From Gemmatimonadota bacterium (GTDB taxonomy: Bacteria; Gemmatimonadota; Gemmatimonadetes; Gemmatimonadales; GWC2-71-9): a stretch of 64,000 nt of DNA. The notes beneath the pieces were generated by a model. The model made no database searches. It was given only the letters and a program-made list of their open reading frames with translations, and was not told where the DNA came from. Both the position numbers and the translations under genes were made by a program. This document shows, piece after piece, positions 53,910 to 63,400 of the stretch; position 1 is the stretch's first letter; each line of letters begins with the position of its first letter. Location of the stretch: NCBI GenBank assembly GCA_003221035.1, contig QHUB01000013.1:23259-87258 (forward strand). Reading direction: 5' to 3'.

Positions 53910-55911
53910 TCAGATGCACCTCCAACCAATCGAGGACCGTGCCCCACCAGATGCGGCGATTGCGGGGGCGCAGGACCCAGTGCCCCTCGTCGGGGAAGTT
54001 CAAGAACTTGGAATCGATGCCCATCCGCTTGGCTGCCGTGAATGCCTGGTAGCCCTCCGACAGGTCCACACGATAATCGAGTTGGCTGTGAACTACCAAC
54101 AACGGTGTCTTCCAATCACTTACGTGGTTCAAGGGTGACCACTTTTCGTACAGGTCCCGGTTGTGGTAGGGCGACCCGCCGAACTCCCAATCGGTGAACC
54201 ACAGCTCCTCGGTGCTGCCCGCCATGCTCGTGGTATTGAACACGCCGTCGTGCGCCACGAGCACCTTGAAGCGGTTGGTATGACCGGCGATCCAGTAAAT
54301 CATGTAACCGCCGTACGACGCGCCGGCCGCCCCCATGCGCGTCGAGTCGACATAGGGTAGCCGCGCGACCGCGTCCACGCCTTTCATCAAGTCGTCGAAC
54401 GGATAGTCGCCCCAATGCTGTGAGATCGCGTCGGTGAATTTCTGGCCGTAACCGGTCGAGCCGTGAAAGTTGACTTCGGCGACCACAAACCCGCGCGCGG
54501 CGAACATCTGGTTGTTCCAGCGCGGGCCCCAGCTGTCGGTCCACGCGCCCTGCGGGCCACCGTGAATCAGGTAGAGCAGCGGATACTTTTTTGTCGGATC
54601 GAAGCCGGGCGGCTTCTGCAGCCAGCCGAAGACCGAGTCGCCGAGTGCGCCGACGAAGCCGAACTCCTCGAGCGGCGGTAGCTCGAGCGCGGCGAGCGCG
54701 GAGTCGTTGTGATGCGTGAGCGCCTTGCCGCCGAGCCAGACTTCTGCGGGCTGGGAATTGGTCTGATGGAGGTAAACCAGCGTGCGATTGTCCAGCCCAA
54801 CCTGCACGGCGGTGTTCACGCCATCCGAGACGACGACGGAACGACGAAAGGAGGGAAGGTCAACGCGGTAGATCTTGTCGCGACCGCGCTCTTCCACGAC
54901 GGCGTAGATGCACTTTGAGTTGGGGCACCAGGAGTACGACCCGACCGAAAGATTCCACCCCGCCGTCGCCTCGACCGGCGTACGGGCCGACCTGCCGAGG
55001 GGGTTTTCAATCAACATCAGTCGCAGTCGATCGGCTTCAAACCCTGCACGCTCCATCGACAAGTAGGACATGTAGCGACCGTCCGGCGAAAACCGCGGCG
55101 TGTTGTCGGCGCCGGTGCTCGTCGTGATCTGCCGCATTTCCGAGCCGTCGGACTGGATCAGATAGATATCGACGTTCGTATTATCGGCGACCGTGCTGTC
55201 GCGATGCATCGCGAACGCAATCGTGCGGGCATCCAGCGCGACGGCCACGTCGCCGTCTCCGCTCGTGGCGATCGTCGGCACGTCATGGTCGATTGGGGTG
55301 ACGTCGGTGCCCTTCCCCGTCCGGAGATCGACGCGGAACAGATGCTGCCGCTTGCCCGCTCTGAAATCATCCCAATGTCGCCACATGAAGCCCGTCCAGA
55401 TGCGTGCCTCGGTGGGATATGCGCCGTTGCGCTGATCGATCTCCTGATTCACCGGCCACTTGATGTCACTCGTGACGATGAGTCCCGAGCCGTCCGGGAG
55501 CCAGACGGGATCGGAGGCGCCGTCCGCTAACCCCGAGACTTTGCGCGCATCGCCACCGGCGATTGGCAGGACCCACACCTGCGCGCCGCTCTCGCGCGTG
55601 GAAATGAATGCAAGCGTCTTGCCGTCCGGCGACCAGCGCGGCTGGCGGTCGGAGCCCGGCCCGTCGGTGACCTGCCGCGTCTTGCCGGTGCGCGCGTCGG
55701 CGACCCAGACGCGGGAGACGTTGCGATTGTCCTCGAGCGAGGGGATCGAAACCGTGTACGCGACCCATTTGCCGTCGGGCGAGAGCTGTGGATCGCTCAC
55801 GCTCTTCAGCGCGATGTAGTCCTCGAATTTGATGGCGCGTCTTTGCGCAGAGACGACGGTTGGAATATTGGAAAGCTGGAGTGTGACGAGGACTGCAAAT
55901 ACGAAGCGCAT
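53890..55911 (-). CDS. S9 family serine peptidase (beta-propeller + prolyl oligopeptidase/acylaminoacyl-peptidase catalytic domain)
   Basis: Start at ATG 55911 (signal MRFVFAVLVTLQLSNIPTVVSA). SPDGKWVAYT/WSPDGK propeller repeats, catalytic GASYGGYM, and HGVFN...DEGH. Confidence 0.9.
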   Translation of the reverse strand: MRFVFAVLVTLQLSNIPTVVSAQRRAIKFEDYIALKSVSDPQLSPDGKWVAYTVSIPSLEDNRNVSRVWVADARTGKTRQVTDGPGSDRQPRWSPDGKTLAFISTRESGAQVWVLPIAGGDARKVSGLADGASDPVWLPDGSGLIVTSDIKWPVNQEIDQRNGAYPTEARIWTGFMWRHWDDFRAGKRQHLFRVDLRTGKGTDVTPIDHDVPTIATSGDGDVAVALDARTIAFAMHRDSTVADNTNVDIYLIQSDGSEMRQITTSTGADNTPRFSPDGRYMSYLSMERAGFEADRLRLMLIENPLGRSARTPVEATAGWNLSVGSYSWCPNSKCIYAVVEERGRDKIYRVDLPSFRRSVVVSDGVNTAVQVGLDNRTLVYLHQTNSQPAEVWLGGKALTHHNDSALAALELPPLEEFGFVGALGDSVFGWLQKPPGFDPTKKYPLLYLIHGGPQGAWTDSWGPRWNNQMFAARGFVVAEVNFHGSTGYGQKFTDAISQHWGDYPFDDLMKGVDAVARLPYVDSTRMGAAGASYGGYMIYWIAGHTNRFKVLVAHDGVFNTTSMAGSTEELWFTDWEFGGSPYHNRDLYEKWSPLNHVSDWKTPLLVVHSQLDYRVDLSEGYQAFTAAKRMGIDSKFLNFPDEGHWVLRPRNRRIWWGTVLDWLEVHLNERPHP

Positions 55912-55918
55912 GGGGTTC

Positions 55919-56200
55919 TCAGTACTCGGGATGTGTGAGGATCGCTCGGACGAGATCATCAAACAGCTGCGACTCGGGGGTGACATTTCCTTGCGCGTCG
56001 CTATGCACGTTCCACGCGGCAAGCTCATTCAACGCCGTCGCTTCTTCGTAGGTGAGATGGAGTACATGGCCGGTGCCGTCCTGCTTGGCCTTGTCGAGCA
56101 CTTTCTTCAGCACATCGGGCAGGTGCTTGGCATTGCGCACCGCCTCGTACTGTTCTCTAGTCACGGTGAGATCCATGCGGTAATCTTCGTACCCCGGCAT
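55919..56200 (-). CDS. hypothetical 93-aa protein
   Basis: Ends 8 nt upstream of the S9 peptidase start. No motif recognised. By eye, lower G+C than the surrounding genes. Confidence 0.45.
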   Translation of the reverse strand: MPGYEDYRMDLTVTREQYEAVRNAKHLPDVLKKVLDKAKQDGTGHVLHLTYEEATALNELAAWNVHSDAQGNVTPESQLFDDLVRAILTHPEY

Positions 56201-56223
56201 TTACCCTGCAACCCAGAGCGCCC

Positions 56224-57219
56224 ATGCCACGCACTGCATTCCTGTCCACGGGCTTTCATGTCCCATCGCGCCTCGTCACCAACGACGACCTCGCGCAGAT
56301 GATGGACACGTCGGACGAGTGGATCGTGCAACGCAGCGGCATCAAGACGCGCTACTGGGTGGACAAGGGCGACACCGGCGTCGGACTCGCGCGGGTGGCG
56401 TCCGAGAAGGCGATCGCCAAGGCTGGACTCGAGGCCAAAGACATCGACTGCATCATCTACTGCACCTGCACGCCGGATCATTTCGAGCCCGGCAACGGCG
56501 TCTTCCTGCAGCGCGAGCTCGGCCTCACCGACATCCCCGCCGTCGATGTCCGCAATCAGTGCAGCGGTTTCATCTACGGCCTGTCGATTGCGGACGCCTG
56601 GATTCGCGTGGGGCAGTACAAGCGCATCTTACTGGTCGGCGCGGAGGTGCACTCACGCGGGCTCGACAAGACGACGCGCGGCCGGGATACGGCCGTGCTA
56701 TTCGGCGATGGCGCGGGCGCGGCGGTTCTGGGTCCGATCTCGGAGGACGGTCGCGGCGTATTGTCGACGCACATCTTTGCCGACGGGCGGTATGCCGAGA
56801 AGCTGTGGGTGGACGGTCCGGGGCTCGCGCACGATCCGTTCGTCAGCGTCTCGATGCTCGAGCAGGGAGTCCATCGCCCCGTGATGGAGGGACGCGAAGT
56901 CTTCAAGTTCGCCTCCACGAAGATGCCCGAATCGGTCGCCATCGCCCTCAAGAGCAACCGTCTCTCGCCCACCGACGTCACCCTGCTGGTCCCGCATCAA
57001 GCCAACCTGCGCATCATCGAGATGGTCCAGAAAGCCGCAGGCCTGCGGGACGATCAGGTGTACATCAACATTCAGAAGTACGGCAACACCACCGCGGCAT
57101 CGATTCCCATCGCGCTCGACGAAGCGCTGGCGGAAGGACGTCTGCGGACGGGCGACGTCCTCGTACTGACGGCGTTTGGATCGGGGTTTACGTGGGGGAG
57201 CGCGGCGATTCGTTGGTGA
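56224..57219 (+). CDS. fabH: 3-oxoacyl-ACP synthase III
   Basis: SDEWIVQRSGIKTR, active-site NQCSGFIYGL, HQANLRII and GNTTAASIPIAL motifs. Confidence 0.9.
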   Translation: MPRTAFLSTGFHVPSRLVTNDDLAQMMDTSDEWIVQRSGIKTRYWVDKGDTGVGLARVASEKAIAKAGLEAKDIDCIIYCTCTPDHFEPGNGVFLQRELGLTDIPAVDVRNQCSGFIYGLSIADAWIRVGQYKRILLVGAEVHSRGLDKTTRGRDTAVLFGDGAGAAVLGPISEDGRGVLSTHIFADGRYAEKLWVDGPGLAHDPFVSVSMLEQGVHRPVMEGREVFKFASTKMPESVAIALKSNRLSPTDVTLLVPHQANLRIIEMVQKAAGLRDDQVYINIQKYGNTTAASIPIALDEALAEGRLRTGDVLVLTAFGSGFTWGSAAIRW

Positions 57220-57892
57220 GCTCGGCGTCCTTCAATTCCTTGAGCTCGCGCGCCGCGCCATCCGCGAGCGGCGAGCCGCGGTAGCGTGCAACGAAGCGAG
57301 CCAACTCGACCCTCAGGCGGCCGGTCTTCCCGATCTTGCGGTAGACATCGATCAGTCCATTCGCGGCACGCATCAACTCGCGCGGATTCGCCGGCGGAAC
57401 GGCGGCGCGGATCTCGAGGTACAGCCGCTCGGCTTCCCCATGACCCTTGAGATGCATCTCCAGGAGGTGTGCGAGGCGCAGCCGCGCTTCGTGATCGCCC
57501 GGCTCGATCCGCAGATGATCCCGAAACCAGTCCGCGGCCTCCGCATACTTGCCTTGCACGATGAGCACGTCCTGGCGCGGATAACTGCGGGCCGGCGCGA
57601 TATCGCCCACGGCGAAGATCGTCTTGACGAGTCCGGTGGATGCCGCGGCGACCGAGCGATGAATCGCAAAGATGCCGAGGATGGCGAACGGAATGTTGAG
57701 AACGAGGAGCGCGACGAAGACCCAACGAGAGATCCATCCCTGCCGGAGCATGAAGTACCACAACATGCCGAGCAGGACGAAGCAGGCAGGTCCGAAATAG
57801 ACGACCACCTTCAGCAGCTGCGCGCGGTCGGCGGCATCGATATCGCGGAGCCGATTTGCCATCCGAAACGAGAATTGCGCCTGAAACGGCAC
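57188..57892 (-). CDS. hypothetical membrane protein with TPR-like C-terminal domain (alternative start ATG 57862)
   Basis: Two to three TM helices, then helical repeats GKYAEAADWFRDHLRIEPGDHEARLRLAHLLE. Convergent 32-nt overlap with fabH. Confidence 0.5.
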   Translation of the reverse strand: MPFQAQFSFRMANRLRDIDAADRAQLLKVVVYFGPACFVLLGMLWYFMLRQGWISRWVFVALLVLNIPFAILGIFAIHRSVAAASTGLVKTIFAVGDIAPARSYPRQDVLIVQGKYAEAADWFRDHLRIEPGDHEARLRLAHLLEMHLKGHGEAERLYLEIRAAVPPANPRELMRAANGLIDVYRKIGKTGRLRVELARFVARYRGSPLADGAARELKELKDAELTNESPRSPT

Positions 57893-57934
57893 CCGCGCAA
57901 GTTGCGTAGAGCGCGGTACCTACAGGAGAACACC

Positions 57935-58198
57935 ATGATTGGGCTGATCGTCACTGCCGCCGCACTCGTCGGCGGCTTCGTTATCTCGCGTGATTTTGTC
58001 CGGCGCCGCCTGCGGTACGTGGACGCCGTGAAGAAACCATCGGCGCCGCTCGTTGCGGGAGTCGCGGCCGCGGTGGTCGCATTGCCGGTCGCGCTGCTGC
58101 CGATCGTGACCGTCGGCACGGCCGTCGCGTTGGGCGTGGGTGTGGCGGGGGGAGTGGCGAGCGGGCGGAAAGCTCCGCCGCCCGATTCGACTAGCTAG
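57935..58198 (+). CDS. hypothetical 87-aa membrane protein
   Basis: AGGAG lies 6 nt upstream of ATG 57935. Two hydrophobic segments. It is the tail of shadow track ORF 57176..58198. Confidence 0.5.
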   Translation: MIGLIVTAAALVGGFVISRDFVRRRLRYVDAVKKPSAPLVAGVAAAVVALPVALLPIVTVGTAVALGVGVAGGVASGRKAPPPDSTS

Positions 58199-59075
58199 CG
58201 CGCAGCGCCTCGGGCCGTCCCGCGATCACGCGTAACGCGCGCACCGCTTCGCGCGCGAAGGTCTTGCCGGCGCCTTTCTCCAGCTCTTCGAGTGCGCTCC
58301 AGCGCGTGAACGCCGGACGTACCGGCGTCGCCATTTGCAGTGTCTCGAACGCGTCGGCGACCGCGAGCACCTTCACGGTGATCGCCATCGGCAAGGACTC
58401 GACATCCCAATCGTCGCCCACGATCTCGTAGTAATGCGAGTACTCGGCGATGATCTCCGCCGCTCCCTTGAGCGCGCGCCCGACCGTCAACGACTCGTTC
58501 GTGACCGACCGCGACAACAATTTCAGCAGACGCTGGTCGGCGGTGCCGACTTCGTGGAGTAAAGCGGCGATTCGGAGGTTTTCGAGCTCGACGCTGGACA
58601 GCTTCAATTCCGATCCGATCGCGGCCGCGAGCTCGGCCACGCGCGTCGAATGGCCTTCCTGATTGTTCTCGGCGGATTCGATGTGATAGGTCAGAACTTC
58701 CAGCGTCGCGAGATAGGCGTTCTTCAAGTCGACGACACGCGCCGCGCGTTGCTCGGCGAGACTCCCCACCACGTATCCCGTCACGACCAGAAAACCGGCC
58801 CACGGCACGAGCGTAAGCGCCGCGGCTTGCGTGAGACCCTCTTCCATCCCCCAGCCATCAACGGCCTGGAAGAAAAACACGAGCGCGGCGACGAAGAGAC
58901 CCGAGACGAAAGCAAATCGCCGGCCCCCGTAGAAGCCGGCGAGAATGATCGGCAGATAATAGAAGCTGAGAAACGCCACCTTCTGGTCGATCAATGAATT
59001 GATGACCAACAGCGATGCCACGAGCAGGACCACCAGAATGCGCTCGAAGTTCTTCAGGACGAACTGCTGAATCAC
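58191..59075 (-). CDS. membrane-anchored degenerate HD-GYP-like domain protein
   Basis: Start set to GTG 59075; the 26 codons upstream in the track ORF have AT-rich third positions. About five TM helices, then GHSTRVAELAAAIG..LLHEVG..SHYYEIVGDDW..LAVADAFETL. Confidence 0.6.
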   Translation of the reverse strand: MIQQFVLKNFERILVVLLVASLLVINSLIDQKVAFLSFYYLPIILAGFYGGRRFAFVSGLFVAALVFFFQAVDGWGMEEGLTQAAALTLVPWAGFLVVTGYVVGSLAEQRAARVVDLKNAYLATLEVLTYHIESAENNQEGHSTRVAELAAAIGSELKLSSVELENLRIAALLHEVGTADQRLLKLLSRSVTNESLTVGRALKGAAEIIAEYSHYYEIVGDDWDVESLPMAITVKVLAVADAFETLQMATPVRPAFTRWSALEELEKGAGKTFAREAVRALRVIAGRPEALRAS

Positions 59076-59210
59076 AAAGCCCTTTCGGCCAAGGAGATAG
59101 ACGCGGCACCAAAGTGAATGAGTGGTGGGCAATCTGCAAGTGAGAGAGATCACATTCGAGCACTACGCAACCTGGGGAAACACCCGGCATGGAATTCGCT
59201 TGAGAGGACC

Positions 59211-59246
59211 GTGGGGAGGGCCTGCGCGTCCTAGAGGCCTCCCCAC
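59211..59246. other. strong GC hairpin in a 220-nt untranslated gap
   Basis: gtggggagggcct (59211-59223) pairs with aggcctccccac (59235-59246): 12 bp with one bulged G and an 11-nt loop. Flanked by the direct repeat ACCGTGGGGA (59208-59217 and 59245-59254). No U-tract on either strand. Confidence 0.5.
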
Positions 59247-59295
59247 CGTGGGGACGTTCCTCTTTGCCCACATCATCGCGGAAATGCGCGGCGCC

Positions 59296-59517
59296 CTAGC
59301 GCTCTTTGTGATCGCCCCCGAGTTCCGCACCCTCGGAGGGGGCACGCCGCTCGTAGCCCGGACAGCTCCGCACTGGCAGGGGCGGGTAGCGGAGAAACCG
59401 CGGGTCCGTATCGGCCCGCAGGCAGCGGTAAAACACCGAGCCACGCCGGTTGGTCACAATTCGCACCCAGTTACAGGTCGCGCAGAGTCCAACGTGAGAG
59501 TCGTCACGGTCGGTCAT
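59296..59517 (-). CDS. small Cys-rich (4-Cys) conserved hypothetical protein
   Basis: MTDRDDSHVGLCATCNWVRIVTNRRGSVFYRCLRADTDPRFLRYPPLPVRSCPGYE... It is the tail of track ORF 59296..60051. The motif resembles a widespread uncharacterised family (from memory). Confidence 0.5.
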   Translation of the reverse strand: MTDRDDSHVGLCATCNWVRIVTNRRGSVFYRCLRADTDPRFLRYPPLPVRSCPGYERRAPSEGAELGGDHKER

Positions 59518-59544
59518 TAGGTCGAAAAACAAGCTAGCTATATC

Positions 59545-60342
59545 TTGGACCCCGTGAGTCAGGCTCGAGTTGACGACTTCGGGCTGCCGCCCGGGGCCCG
59601 AAACCAATACCTCCAAGGCGCTCGTGATCAGCTCGGCGCGATTGCAGAGTTGGCCGAGCGGCTGATTATCGCGGACGTCGACGCGGCCGCAATCGAGGAG
59701 CTCCGCCGCGATGCCCATCGGCTGCACGGTTCCGCCGGATCCTTTGGTTTCCCGCAGGCCTCCACCGTCGCCGCCGAGCTGGAAGAGGCGGCCAAGCAGT
59801 GGCTCGAGCAGCCGGGAAACGGGACTGGGGAAAGGGGAAAGGTTGCGCGAGCGTTCGTGCGGCGTCTGGCTGCGGCGTTGTTCACGAAACAGCCTTCGCC
59901 GCCGCCTCACCGCGCCGCCCCGTTGCCGCCTCCCGCCGCCCCTGAACCGGAGCCTTCCGGTGTCCCGGAAGTGATCGTCGTCGAAGACGATCCCGCGCTC
60001 GCTGAGCTGCTCACGTTTGGATTGGAGGCGCGCGGCTACCGCTATCTCCATTTCCGGAGTGGGCGCGAGGCCCTCGACGTTCTCAAGCGGATGGACACCC
60101 GCGACAGCCCGAGGCCGCCGTTATTGCTGCTCGACCTGGATCAACCGGCGCTCGACGGCCATTCGATTTTTGCCGAGCTGCAGCGGGAATGTCCCGGAAG
60201 ATTCCGCGTCGTCTTTACCACGCGTCATCGCAGTGAAACCGAGCAGCTGCGCGGCCTCGAGGCCGGCGCCATGGACTACCTGGTGAAGCCGCTGAGCCTA
60301 CACGTCGCCCTCGAAAAGATCCGGCGCTGGGTGGGTCGGTGA
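59545..60342 (+). CDS. Hpt-receiver fusion protein (histidine phosphotransfer domain + response-regulator REC domain)
   Basis: Hpt motif HRLHGSAGSFGF and a Pro-rich linker. REC has VVEDDP, LLLLDLDQPALDG, VVFTT and YLVKP. Confidence 0.75.
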   Translation: MDPVSQARVDDFGLPPGARNQYLQGARDQLGAIAELAERLIIADVDAAAIEELRRDAHRLHGSAGSFGFPQASTVAAELEEAAKQWLEQPGNGTGERGKVARAFVRRLAAALFTKQPSPPPHRAAPLPPPAAPEPEPSGVPEVIVVEDDPALAELLTFGLEARGYRYLHFRSGREALDVLKRMDTRDSPRPPLLLLDLDQPALDGHSIFAELQRECPGRFRVVFTTRHRSETEQLRGLEAGAMDYLVKPLSLHVALEKIRRWVGR

Positions 60343-60465
60343 AGGCGACTTCGCCCCGCTCCAGGGGAAGTGGCGCTCGCACGTCGGGCAGATAACAAAC
60401 AGCCCGAGCACGTCCCGGCGCTCGTGCGTCGCAGCTTCACCGCAGTGCGGACATTGCAACGTCAT
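60298..60465 (-). CDS. 55-aa zinc-ribbon protein
   Basis: ATGA overlap with the stop of the large upstream gene. MTLQCPHCGEAATHERRDVLGLFVICPTCERHF (two CxxC pairs). Good third-position G+C. Its 3' end overlaps the convergent Hpt-REC gene by 45 nt. Confidence 0.45.
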   Translation of the reverse strand: MTLQCPHCGEAATHERRDVLGLFVICPTCERHFPWSGAKSPSPTHPAPDLFEGDV

Positions 60466-63400
60466 TGGTTCCCCCGTGAATGCCAGAAGCTCGCGATGCT
60501 CGCTACCGACTGTTCGGTGATCGTCGCGCCAATCGTCATGAACCATCCCGAACCGCCGCGCACCGCAAAATCGGGATCGTGGAGATCGCCGATGCGGTAG
60601 CCGCTGGCGATCTCCATCCCGCGCACCGGCAGCAAGACGAGCTGCGGCGCCGCATCCCAGCGGATCGTGCCGCTCGTGCGCTCGTGCAACAGCCGCCCGT
60701 CGCCGCGGATGCGCGCCCACGGCGTCATGCCGATATCGAGCCTCGAGCCGATGTAGTCGGCTGCGGACGAGAGCGGCTGAACGACGCTGTCCGAGTGCGT
60801 GACTGTCGCGTCGGCGGTGCGAAACGCGTAGCGCGCGCCGAGCTCGAGCCGCGACGTCGGCGACCAGATCGCTTCCGCGGTCAGAATCCGGCGGGCTTCG
60901 TGGCCGGTCTGCGCGGTAAGCACTCCACCACCCAGCGGATTGCGCTCGTCAATCAATTCGACTTTGGCGAGCAGGTTCAGCGCGTCGTTGCCCACGGGCC
61001 GGAACGCGAGCCCGTTCAGCGACGCGATACGCTGGTGACTGACCCAGCCGGTGGACTGGCGGTCGTCGGAGGCTTGGAACTCCTGGCGCGTCAGCACCGC
61101 GAACGACTTCGTGAGATCGGCCGCGCCCGCCATGGACAAGAGCTTGCTGGTGCGCTCTTCACCATCGCGCCACTCGCTGCGGAGGCTGAAGCGATACGGC
61201 GACTGCTCCGGCAGATACTCGGCGCCGAAACCGGCCGACCAGTAATTCTCTTCCGACTGCAGGAACGGCAGCGCGCGGATCGGGTCCGCCGTGGGGGCGT
61301 TGTTCAAGCCGAAGCGACGCTCAAACAGCGTGTTGAGCGTCCACGCCGTGCCGACATGCAACCGGTTGTTCAAGCCCACGACGGCCGCCACGTGCCCGCC
61401 ATTGGCGCCGGCAAGTTGATACGAGCCCCAGGCCTGCGTCCCCACGCCGACATCTGAGCGGCCGCCCAGGCTCGTGACGCCGTAGCCCAAGCCGCCGGGC
61501 AGCTCGACCTGACGGTGGGTCAGCTCAAAGGTGGTGTGCGGATTCACTTTGAGCGCGACCCCGGCGCCGATGTAGTCGGGCTGCACCGCGCTGATCCCCT
61601 GACCCAAGTGACGGCGTGCTTCGGCGCTGAAGTTGAGCGCGGACAGCGGCGCCCAGACGAGCCGGAACTCGCTCGCCTGCGTGGCATCATCGGTCGTGCC
61701 GGTATTCAGCCGGCTCGCAGAGATGCCAGCCTCGGCGCGCAGTGCGCCGAAGCGTTGCGCGACAAACGCGCCGGACTTCATGCGGCTCACGTTCTGGAGA
61801 TCGAAGGATTGCGCCGAGTGCTCGACACGGATCTCACTGCCACCCACGACGAAGCGGGCGCCGAGGCGCAGATCTTCGGTGCCGCCGGTGAGCGCGATGT
61901 TCGCCGGGTTCTTGAACTCGCGATCCGTGCGCAGCCAGTCGCCCGAGACCGTCAAGCCTTTCGCCAGCAGCACCGAGCCGCCGATTGTAGTCGCGAACCC
62001 GGCCGAATCGGGCGTCTGCGAGTGCGCCAGCTCGCCGTGGAACGTCAGCCGTCCCAGACGCTGCGCGCCGAAATCGATGCCGGCCAGGTCGCGCTCGGCG
62101 CCGGGGCGGCCGTCGCGGATGAAGGTCGAGCCGATGCGCAGCGAGTCGAGCGCTTCGTGACCCACGAGTGCGCGCGCGTCGGCGGTGGCACGAAGGCCCC
62201 ACACCGTCGACTCGGCGCCGCCGTTGTCCGTCCCGTAGGTCAGCATGATGAACACAGGGTTGCCCGACGGATCAGTCGCGGGCACGGGATGCTTGAACAA
62301 CAGCAGGCCATGCTCGTAGTCGATGTCGTAATCGAGGTAGCGCGTGAGTGTCTGGCGCGCCAGCGCTTGCTGCGGATTGTCGAACGCACGCGTCTCGAGC
62401 ACAACCTTCTCGGTGCCCGCCACGATGCCGAGGCTGATGTCGTACGGCCCGGACATTCCGGCGCCTCGGATTTGCTGCTGCGCCAGGCGCTCGCTGCTCG
62501 TGCTGCCGAAACCCTGCCACACGACCGCGCCTGTGGTCACGCGACCGGCGACGCCCGCGAGCGCGCGATCGTAGCCCGAGAGCGCAAGCCCACTCGCGAA
62601 CGCGCCGGTCGTGAGATCGCCGAACGCCATCCAGTCGAGTCCCCGCTCGACGCGTGCGGCCACGGCGTAGCGCGAAGCGCTGCGGCTGCGGGTGACGCTC
62701 GCGTCCCCGAGGATCGGGTACTGCGCGTCGCCGAGCGGATCGACGGAGCGACCGAACTGATTGCTGCCGCCGTCGAGCTGGCGTGAATCGACGCTCACAA
62801 GCACCGAGGTGCGCGCATCCAGGCGGCCGCGCGCGGTGGCGGAGCCGAATGCATCCGGGCTCGCGCCCACACCCACCTGGCCCGCAGCCGTCATCATGAA
62901 GGGGCGAGCCTCGGGCAAGATCTCGAGCTGCACATGTGCGTTCGCGTTTGCGGAGCGCAGGACGAGCGACCCCAACCGCACATCGCGCCCGCCGCGCAGC
63001 TTCAGCGCCACGACGCCGGTGGAATCGGCCTTCACTTGCAGGCCGACGGACAATCGGTCCTCGTCCGCATTCATCACTTCCGCGCCATCAGCAACAACGG
63101 TCACGAGCGCGCCCGTCACTACCGGCACACCCCACTGGTCCAAGACGTGTGCATACGCGGTATCCACCCGCTGGCCGCCCGCGGCGAGTACGAGCTTCGA
63201 TCCTTCATAGAGGATGTTCGCCGGCCGCCCCGAGACGTGGACGTCGAGACTGTCCCACCGCTCCTGCGACCACGAGTTCACCATCCGCACGCGCAAGCGA
63301 TGCGGCCCGCGCGCGAGCGGCACCGCGATGAAGTCGTGGACACCGTCGCCGCGAACCTCTCCGTCGGCAAGGCGCGTGGCGCCATCGAACAGCACGACCG

